Shown here: one piece after another, positions 22,816-32,100 of the stretch | Layout: every line of letters begins with the position of its first letter | How positions within the stretch are numbered: position 1 is the stretch's first letter | Origin: Aulosira sp. ZfuVER01 | GTDB lineage: Bacteria > Cyanobacteriota > Cyanobacteriia > Cyanobacteriales > Nostocaceae | Assembly: GCA_034530615.2 (NCBI GenBank) | Contig: JAVRCV020000006.1 | Location: forward strand, 123,125 to 187,124 | Reading direction: 5' to 3' | DNA: 64,000 nucleotides | Program-made: the position numbers and the translations under genes | Notes under the pieces: generated by a model | What the model saw: only the letters and a program-made list of their open reading frames with translations | Told to the model about the DNA's origin: nothing | The model's database searches: none

Positions 22816-23002
22816 ACATAAGATAAATAATCAACACCCAAATTGATATGAAACACTAGGGAATAAGGCATGAGGCATAGGTTAGTCCACCGTACCCATG
22901 TTTTGAAAGCAGCAGCGATCGCCCCATCAAAAATTCCTGGGCATGAGAAAATCAGATAACACAATCGCAAAAGTTGCGATTAAAGGCATAGAAGGAAAAA
23001 AG

Positions 23003-24694
23003 ATGTCGGAGAATTTGAGAAGTCAGGTTGTGACGCAAGGGGTGCAACGATCACCTAATCGCGCTATGCTGCGTGCAGTTGGTTTCAAAGATGAAGATTT
23101 TAATAAAGCCATTGTTGGTATTGCCAATGGTTATAGCACTATCACCCCTTGCAATATGGGGATCAATCAACTAGCGCAAAGGGCAGAAGTTGCTGTTAAA
23201 ACTGCTGGGGCAATGCCGCAAATATTCGGCACAATTACTATTAGTGACGGTATTTCGATGGGAACTGAAGGGATGAAATATTCCCTAGTATCACGAGAAG
23301 TAATTGCAGACTCCATAGAAACTGCCTGTACTGGGCAAAGTATGGATGGAGTGCTGGCGATTGGTGGTTGTGATAAGAATATGCCAGGGGCAATGCTAGC
23401 GATCGCCCGCATGAATATCCCTGCTATTTTTGTTTACGGTGGCACTATTAAACCCGGACATTACAACGGACGGGATCTAACTGTTGTCAGTTCTTTTGAA
23501 GCTGTAGGTCAATACAGTGCTGGCAAAATTGACGAAAATGAACTAATAGAAGTCGAACGCCATGCTTGTCCTGGTGCTGGTTCCTGCGGTGGAATGTATA
23601 CAGCTAATACCATGTCTTCTGCTTTTGAAGCAATGGGGATGAGTTTACCCTACTCTTCCACAATGGCAGCTGAAGATGCAGAAAAAGCTGACAGTACAGA
23701 AAAATCAGCATTCGTCTTAGTTGAAGCAATTCGCAAACAACTTTTACCCCGCCAAATTATCACCCGCAAATCTATCGAAAATGCCATTTCTGTAATTATG
23801 GCAGTGGGTGGTTCAACAAATGCAGTCTTGCATTTTTTAGCGATCGCTCGTGCTGCTGGTGTAGAACTAACTTTAGATGACTTTGAAGTAATTCGTGCCC
23901 GTGTGCCAGTTTTGTGCGATCTAAAACCAAGTGGTAAGTATGTGGCTACTGACTTACACAAAGCTGGTGGTATTCCCCAAGTGATGAAAATGCTACTGGT
24001 ACACGATTTGTTACATGCAGATTGCATCACCATCAGCGGTCAAACAATTGCCGAAGTATTGGCAGAGATACCAGAAGAACCTGCTGCTAACCAAGATGTG
24101 ATTCGTCCTTGGAATAACCCCATGTATGCCCAAGGTCACTTAGCTATTCTCAAAGGTAATCTAGCAACAGAAGGTGCTGTGGCCAAAATTACTGGTGTGA
24201 AAAAGCCTGTAATTACTGGGCCAGCAAGGGTATTTGAATCAGAAGAAGCTTCTTTAGACGCTATCTTGGCAGGTAAGATTAAGCCTGGTGATGTCCTCGT
24301 CATCCGCTATGAAGGGCCCAAAGGTGGCCCAGGTATGCGGGAAATGCTAGCTCCCACCTCAGCAATTATTGGTGCTGGCTTAGGCGATTCTGTGGGATTA
24401 ATTACCGATGGACGTTTCTCTGGCGGTACTTACGGCATGGTAGTAGGTCACGTTGCACCGGAGGCTGCTGTAGGTGGTGCGATCGCTCTCGTGGAAGAAG
24501 GTGATAGCATCACAATTGATGCCCCTGCGCGTTTATTACAGTTGAACATCTCCGATGAAGAATTAGCTCGTCGTCGTGCCAATTGGCAACCTCCTGCACC
24601 TCGTTATACCAAAGGTGTGCTCGCTAAATATGCCAAATTAGTAGCTTCTAGCAGTCTTGGTGCAGTTACTGATTTAGATTTGTTTGATAATTAG
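23003..24694 (+). CDS. ilvD: Dihydroxy-acid dehydratase
   Basis: [40 protein letters not shown]. Confidence 0.97.
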   Translation: MSENLRSQVVTQGVQRSPNRAMLRAVGFKDEDFNKAIVGIANGYSTITPCNMGINQLAQRAEVAVKTAGAMPQIFGTITISDGISMGTEGMKYSLVSREVIADSIETACTGQSMDGVLAIGGCDKNMPGAMLAIARMNIPAIFVYGGTIKPGHYNGRDLTVVSSFEAVGQYSAGKIDENELIEVERHACPGAGSCGGMYTANTMSSAFEAMGMSLPYSSTMAAEDAEKADSTEKSAFVLVEAIRKQLLPRQIITRKSIENAISVIMAVGGSTNAVLHFLAIARAAGVELTLDDFEVIRARVPVLCDLKPSGKYVATDLHKAGGIPQVMKMLLVHDLLHADCITISGQTIAEVLAEIPEEPAANQDVIRPWNNPMYAQGHLAILKGNLATEGAVAKITGVKKPVITGPARVFESEEASLDAILAGKIKPGDVLVIRYEGPKGGPGMREMLAPTSAIIGAGLGDSVGLITDGRFSGGTYGMVVGHVAPEAAVGGAIALVEEGDSITIDAPARLLQLNISDEELARRRANWQPPAPRYTKGVLAKYAKLVASSSLGAVTDLDLFDN

Positions 24695-24813
24695 TTATTA
24701 CTTCCGAAGTTTTGGTAAATTTTCTGAGAATATAAGTAACTGGCTCTATTTTATAGAGCCAGCTTTTTTGGGAGATTTGAAATTTGTTTATTTTGAGATC
24801 GTTACCAAAATTG

Positions 24814-25392
24814 CTACTTACAATCCTCACAATTCCACTCGACTTTTAAAAAGCCCTTATTATCATTGAATGCTTCTCCATGATTACTATCACCAGTATC
24901 ATTAATTGTAAATAAAACTGTTTCATTTGGACCTAATTCCAATGTTTTCTGGGAACCTACAAAATAGTATTCTCCTTTCTGACGAACTATCAAAGATCCC
25001 TCTGGAAAACCAGGCAAATTGTAATTCTGAGTAGCTTTAGGAAAGTGATTATTTCCATCAGCACTATTAGGTTCTAAATTAGAGTTATATGTCCACTTAC
25101 CTGTAGCAAAGAAGTGAAATGTTCGACTCGAAGAGTACTTATTAACAAAAGCTGTACCTAGTGGTTTTTTAGCTTCCACTGTAAATTTTCCCTCAGTCTG
25201 TTGAGAGACAGGTGAAGAAGTAGCAGCATTTGTAGATGGAGTATTAGCTTGTGTTGGTGTTGATGGATGTGTACTTTGGACTACAATTGTCAGAATAGCT
25301 GCAATTCCTGCTCCTCCACCTAAAGCTGTCAAAATGCCAGATAAGCTTGTCCAAAAACCACTTTGTTGTTTGTTGTCATTCATAGACTGCAC
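24814..25392 (-). CDS. Membrane-anchored protein with LecA/PA-IL-like lectin domain
   Basis: N-terminal TM helix, S/T/P linker, then ATGKW.Y...DG...GSLIV...LFTIND......FNDNKG.L.V. Confidence 0.55.
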   Translation of the reverse strand: MQSMNDNKQQSGFWTSLSGILTALGGGAGIAAILTIVVQSTHPSTPTQANTPSTNAATSSPVSQQTEGKFTVEAKKPLGTAFVNKYSSSRTFHFFATGKWTYNSNLEPNSADGNNHFPKATQNYNLPGFPEGSLIVRQKGEYYFVGSQKTLELGPNETVLFTINDTGDSNHGEAFNDNKGFLKVEWNCEDCK

Positions 25393-25568
25393 TCTGATTT
25401 CTCAAACTAGGAAACTTAGTTGCTTTCATGCTGTCAAAAAAGAACCACAACGGTAAAAATGCGGATTCCGGAAAAATTAGCAGATCTCCCAATCCTGATT
25501 GCTAAAGTAAAAGCATCATATTTATGAAAATTTACTAACCTTGATTCAGTAAATTTTCGGTAACTCTC

Positions 25569-25635
25569 ATACTTAGCAGTAGCTATATCACCGTAATTGC
25601 ATAGCACAAGCATAGTACCCATGTTTGTAGAGGCG
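25569..25635 (+). repeat. Diverged copy of the last 12 codons plus 3' flank of the giant gene (33896-33962)
   Basis: ILSSSYITVIA* versus ILTSSDITVIA*; 54/67 nt identical without gaps, ending in GTTTGTAGAGGCG. Confidence 0.8.
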
Positions 25636-25711
25636 AGCTGCTTCCTTTTTGATTTTTTAAATAATTTTACTAGTATTTTAATTAATTCAGATATTTGTAA
25701 AGCTTTAGTGA

Positions 25712-25741
25712 ATTTACCTATTCATAGTCTTTTCTTAATCT
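25712..25741 (+). promoter_or_regulatory. Candidate SphR Pho box (three 8-mers, 11-bp period)
   Basis: ATTTACCT-att-CATAGTCT-ttt-CTTAATCT versus consensus CTTAACCT, upstream of a phosphatase/nuclease gene. Confidence 0.55.
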
Positions 25742-25932
25742 TAGTTCAGTAAATTCCAGGTGACTATTTACACGAGTTAAACTACTAAGCGCTAAATTTT
25801 TGTAATGAACAGAACAATATTAGACGCAGTACGGCCTGTTTAAAAATAGGTCGCTATTTTGTGCATCTTAATTGACAGATTCACAAACCGCCTTCTGAAC
25901 AAGCGTATTTTCTCGCATTTAATTACTAAATT

Positions 25933-26004
25933 ATGGCACCTACAAATTTGAATCTAGGTGATATTGCGATCGCTGGCTGGCAAATATTTCCAGCTATGGC
26001 ATAA
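25933..26004 (+). pseudogene. Vestigial N-terminus of a paralogue of the giant protein
   Basis: MAPTNLNLGDIAIAGWQIFPAMA* resembles the giant protein start MAVNPGDIAFVG. Confidence 0.5.
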
Positions 26005-26110
26005 CCAACTCTGTGATTGCTGCATTTATAGCATCAATGTAGTGCATTTTTCCTGATGTTTTTATTCAGTTTCTTTGTTCATTCAGTTCATCAACTAGGA
26101 GATTTTATCT

Positions 26111-29100
26111 GTGGCAGTTAATCCTGGCGATATCGCTTTTGTTGGCGTAAATTCTACCGATCCAGATCAGTTTGCAATCCTTGCCTTAAAAGCAATTGCT
26201 CCTGGTGATACGTTCTATGTAACTGATGGTGGTTACATCTCACTCACGAATGTCGCAAACACAACGTTTCGGGCAACGGAAGGTTTCCTTCAGTACACCG
26301 CACCTGCTGGAGGAATCGCTGCGGGTAGTGTCATCCTGATTAATGCTGGTAGTGGTAACTCTCCATCGGTCTCTCTCAATGATGGCGGTGCTGCCGGAAC
26401 TGTGACACTTCTTGCTAATAGCAGTAATAACACCACCAATTTCTCATTTTCCACAAGTGGTGATTCACTCACTGCCTATACAGTTACAAGTGGGACATAC
26501 TTGACTGGTACACCCACGCTGATTGCTTTTATTGACTTTGGGGTTAATCCTTATGGTTCGGGTTCAGCGCAAGCATCGAACATCCCGACCATTTCTGGAG
26601 GTCAGGTTCTCGACCTTGCTAATCTCGACAATGCAATCTTCACCAATGCCTCAAATGTATACTCTCAGACTATTTCTGCTCTGAGTACTGCTAGCAACTT
26701 CACCCAGCAGGAAGCAGCACCCTACGACCTTACCACACTGGCTTCGGCTCCCATCACAACGATACCCAGCGTTACTCTTTCACTCAGTACTACCACAGGT
26801 TCTGAAGCAGAGCAGACAGCAATCACTGTTAGCGTCACAGCCGCTAGTGCGGTTTCTGGGGATCAGACAGTTACGTTAGGCGTCAGTGGCACAAACATCA
26901 CAACGGATGACTACGCCCTCAATAATACGGCGGCGAATACCGTCACCATTACAATTCCAAATGGCCAGACAACGGGTACTGCAACTTTCAAGATTGCTGA
27001 TGATACACAACCTGAGGGAACTGAAACCGCAACTCTGAGCATCAGCAACCCCTCCTCTGGAATTGCTTTGGGAAATGTAACGACTCAAAACATTACAATT
27101 ACTGACAACGATAGCGTTGTGGATTTGTCTAAGTATGTCCGGATTGGTCGGTATGATTTACCTGAACCAACCCGTACTGCTGCACCAGGCAACAGTTTGC
27201 TTGCCAAAGAAGCCTCAGCAGTGACCTACAACTGGGACACGGACACGCTGTTTGTTGTTGGGGATGGTGGTACATCGATTGTTCAGGTTACAAAAACCGG
27301 ACAGCTAATCAACTCCATGACATTAGCTCCTGGCAGTAGTCCCCAAGGCACAGAATTTTATGATACGGAAGGATTGACCTACTTTGGCAATGGCAAGTTT
27401 GTCCTCATCGAGGAGCGCTACAGACAAGCTAACTTGTTTACGTATGTTGCAGGTGGCACGCTGCAAAGATCTGATGTTCAAACCGTCAAGCTTGGTACAA
27501 CCGTTGGCAATATCGGGATTGAAGGCATCTCCTACGACCCATTGACAAGCGGATTCATTGCTGTAAAAGAGTTAAATCCAGAAGGAATTTTCCAAACAGG
27601 CATCGATTTTAATGCAGGTACTGCAACCAACGGTTCGCCTACAACAGACAATTCAACCAACCTTTTCAATCCGGCTCTGGCAAACCTCGCAGACTTGTCA
27701 GATGTTTTCGCTCTATCTAACCTGCCCGCTTTAAGTGGAACACCAGATTACAACAACCTACTGATCTTGAGTCAAGAGTCGGGCAAAATTGTCAACATCG
27801 ATCGCTCTGGAAACATTCAAAGTTCACTAACGATTATCGGCGATCCAGATAACCCGTTGTCTGTGACAGACCAGACTAATGAAGGTCTGACGATGGATCG
27901 CAATGGCATTCTATATGTCGTTAATGAAAATGGTGGTGGCGATGCCAACCACCCACAACTCTGGGTCTACGCACCGTCTTCAGTGCCAAACCAAGCTCCG
28001 ACCGCGATCGCGCTGAAAAATCAAGTCAATGCGATCGCAGAAAATACCAGTACTACAACACGGATTAAAGTAGCAGATATTGCTATTACTGATGATGGGC
28101 TGGGAAGCAATAATCTGACTGTGACTGGATCTGATGCTAACTTCTTTGAAGTTGATAGCACTGGATTATACATCAAAGCCGGAACCGTTCTAGATTACGA
28201 AACCAAAACTAGCTATAGCATCAACATTAATGTAGACGATCCAACCGTTGGCAGTAACCCAGATGCCACCACACCTTACACCCTAAATGTTACTGATGTT
28301 GTCAATGAAGGTTCTGCCAGTACCTCATTAAAAATTACTGAAGTGGCTCCTTGGTCGAGTGGCAATAGCACCCTGGCTGCCGATTGGTTTGAGGTGACAA
28401 ATACTGGCTCCAGTGCGGTAAATATTACTGGTTGGAAGATGGATGATAACTCTAATTCCTTCGGTTCAGCAGTTGCCCTCAATGGCATCACTAACATCGC
28501 TGCTGGCGAGTCGGTTATCTTCATCGAAAGTTCTGATCCAGCAGTCATTCAGAACTTCAAAGCCTTATGGTTTGGTGCTAATGCGCCCGCGAATCTGCAA
28601 ATCGGCACTTACTCTGGTTCAGGGGTTGGCTTAAGTACATCGGGGGATGCTGTTAACTTATTTGACGGCGGTGGCACACTACAAGCTAATGTCACCTTTG
28701 GTGCTTCTCCAGGAAGTGCTCCATTCTCAACCTTCGACAATTCAGCTGGTCTGAACAATGTAGCTATCTTACAACTGAGTACTATCGGACAACATGGTGC
28801 TTTTGTTGCAGTAGACAATATCAATGAAATCGGTTCTCCAGCTACAATTGCTGCGCCTTCACCCGCCTATGCTGTATTTAACTTCAGCATAGGTAACTAT
28901 AGTGTCACAGAGGGCAATACACCTGGCTTCTCTACCAACGCCACGGTGCGAATTTACCGCACTGGCGATGTATCTGGGACGAATAGCGTACAGCTGAAGC
29001 TAAGTGATGGCACGGCAACAGGTAGCGGTCTTTCTGTTCCTGTGCAAAGTACCCTTCAAGGGACTAGCACTGGCTCGACCCCTTACATCCTGCCTGTCGC

Positions 29101-32100
29101 ATCGGGTGTAAAGGTAATATCCCTTCTGACCACAGACAACACAGGAGCTAAACCCGACGACACCGTACCTAAAGTGAGCGGTGGTACCTACGGCATGGAC
29201 GGTATTCCTGATGGTCTGGGAGCTTTCGACAATGGCGACGGCACCTTTACCGTGCTAATGAACCATGAGTTAGGGAACACGAATGGCGTAGTGCGGGATC
29301 ATGGCGCAAGAGGTGCTTATGTCTCCAAGTTTGTGATTGACAAGAGTACTCTCCAAGTTGTCTCTGGTGAGGACTTGATCAAGCAAATTTATGGTTGGAA
29401 TTCCACTACTCAAAGTGTCAATACTACTGCTCCCATCACCCTGGCAATCAACCGCTTTTGCTCTGCTGACCTCCCCGCTGTCACAGCTTTCTACAACCCC
29501 AACACAGGGCTTGGGTCTCAAGCGCGAATTTTCATGAATGGGGAAGAAGGCGGTACAACGGGTTATCAATTTGCTACGGTTGTCACTGGGGCTGATGCAG
29601 GGAAAGCCTACGTTCTCGGCAAATTTAATCTCTCTACCAATGGTTCTGGTTTGTCAGGTGTGGGGGGTTGGGAAAATGCCCTTGCCAATCCCTATGCTCA
29701 AGACAAAACTATCGTCATCGGCAATAACGATGGCGGTACTGGCATTATGAATAATGCGGTTGCTGTTTATGTCGGTACGAAGCAAAGCACGGGTACTGAG
29801 GTTGACAAAGCTGGTCTTACCAATGGCATCCTTAAGTTCATCAGCGTTGCGGGTAACTCTGCGGAAATTGCTAATGCTACAACTCGTGCCACCAATATCA
29901 CGAATGGCACTCGATTTATCCTCAGCAGTACTGCCTCAACAACATTCTCCCGCCCCGAAGACGGAGCATGGAACCCCCTCGATCCTCGCCAATACTTCTT
30001 CGCCACCACCGATCGCCTTGACCAAGTATCGGATGGAGTGGGGACTCAGATTGGGCAGACTCGCCTGTGGCGCTTGACCTTCGACGATATCACTAACCCA
30101 GATGCTGGAGGGACGATCGATCTGCTAATTGATGGTGACACAGTCAATGGCGTAAAAGTCAATATGTTTGACAACATCAGCATTGATAAGTATGGTCACA
30201 TCTTGCTGCAAGAGGATGTGGGTGGTGCAGCACACAATGGCAAGATTTGGCAGTATGACATTGCCACAGACACCTTAAAACAAATTGCAAAACACGATCC
30301 TGCTCGTTTTGGAGATATTGGTGTTGCTGCAACTTCACCGTTTAATAACGATGAAGAATCTTCTGGAATTATTGATGTTCAAGACATTCTAGGGCCCGGT
30401 TGGTTTTTGACTTCTGACCAAGCCCACTACACTACAGGGGTTACGACATCGCAAGTAGAAGGGGGACAGCTACTGGCAATCTTTAATCCAGATACCTACA
30501 ACGCGGCAATTGATTATAACAACACGCCGATTACGGTTACGTTCAACCCTGGCGAGACGTACAAGGATGTACAGATTCCGATCGCCGGAGATTTCACACC
30601 GGAAGCTAACGAAACCGTTAACTTGAGTTTGGTGAATCCCAGTGCAGGTACAGTCATTGGCACTAAGCAGCCTAACGCAGTGTTAACTATCAACAATGAC
30701 GATCTACCTCCTAGTGCCCGCATCCATGACATCCAGGGAGCAGGGCATATTTCACCCCTCAATGGTCAGAACGTCACCAATGTACCAGGTATTGTTACTG
30801 CCATAGCTAGCAACGGATTTTACTTACAAGATCCCATCCCCGATAACGACGATCGCACTTCTGAAGGAATCTTTGTCTTTACTAGTTCTGCTCCCACAGT
30901 TGCAGTGGGCGATTACATCCAGGTGAGTGGTAAGGTTTCTGAATTCCGTCCAGGAGGCAGTGCCAATAATCTGACGATTACGGAGATTACCAGTTCCACC
31001 ATCAACAAGCTATCGTCTGGTAACACGCTGCCTGCTGCTACCATTCTGGGCAACGGTGGTCGCACCATCCCGACAATAGTAATTGAAAACGATGCCACTA
31101 ATGTAGAAAGCAGTGGTGTATTTGACCCCGCAAACGATGGCATCGACTTTTATGAAAGCCTAGAAGGAATGCGGGTGCAGATTAACAACCCAGTCACCAC
31201 TTCTCCAACCAATTTCTTTGGTTCTTCTGAGGAAATCTGGGTGCTGGCAGACAATGGAGCCAATGCCACTAGCCGCACTGCTCGTGGCGGTAGCTTGATT
31301 ACCTCAACCGACTTTAACCCAGAGCGAATTCAGATTGATGACCTGATAAACTCGGCTTTAACTCTGCCCACTGTAAATGTGGGCGCTCGACTCAGCACGA
31401 TTACAGGCGTGGTTAACTATGACTTCAACAACTACGAAGTATTGGTTTCTACAGAGCCAACAGTAGTGCAGGCATCCTCTCTGCAAAAAGAAGTTACTAA
31501 CCTGACTTCCACAGACCCCAATAAACTAACAGTTGCCACTTTCAACGTTGAGAACCTCGATCCGGGCGATGATGCCTCTAAGTTCAACGCCCTTGCCAGT
31601 GCGATCGCCAACAACCTGAAATCCCCCGACATCATCAGCCTAGAGGAAATTCAGGACAACAACGGCCCGACGAACGATAGCGTCGTTGATGCCAGCGTTA
31701 CCTACCAAAAATTAATTAATGCGATCGCATCTGCTGGTGGCCCCACATATCAATATCGGCAAATTGACCCAGTAGACGATACTAATGGCGGTGAACCTGG
31801 TGGTAATATCCGCGTCGGTTTCTTGTTTAACCCCAATCGTGTCAGTTTTGTAGATCGTCCTGGTGGTACTTCCACTTCCAATACTACAGTTAGCAACGCC
31901 GGGGGAACTGCTACACTTTCTGCTAGTCCTGGTTTAGTTGACCCGACAAACTCAGCTTTTAATAGCAGTCGTAAGCCTTTAGTTGGTGAATTTACTTTCA
32001 ACGGTCAGACTGTGTATGTCATAGGCAATCACTTTAACTCTAAAGGTGGCGACCAACCTTTATACGGGCCGAATCAACCGCCAACACTCAGTAGTGAAGT

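Noticed and set aside
25434..25622. 62-aa minus-strand ORF
   Set aside because: Overlaps the plus-strand paralogue remnant and has no recognisable motif
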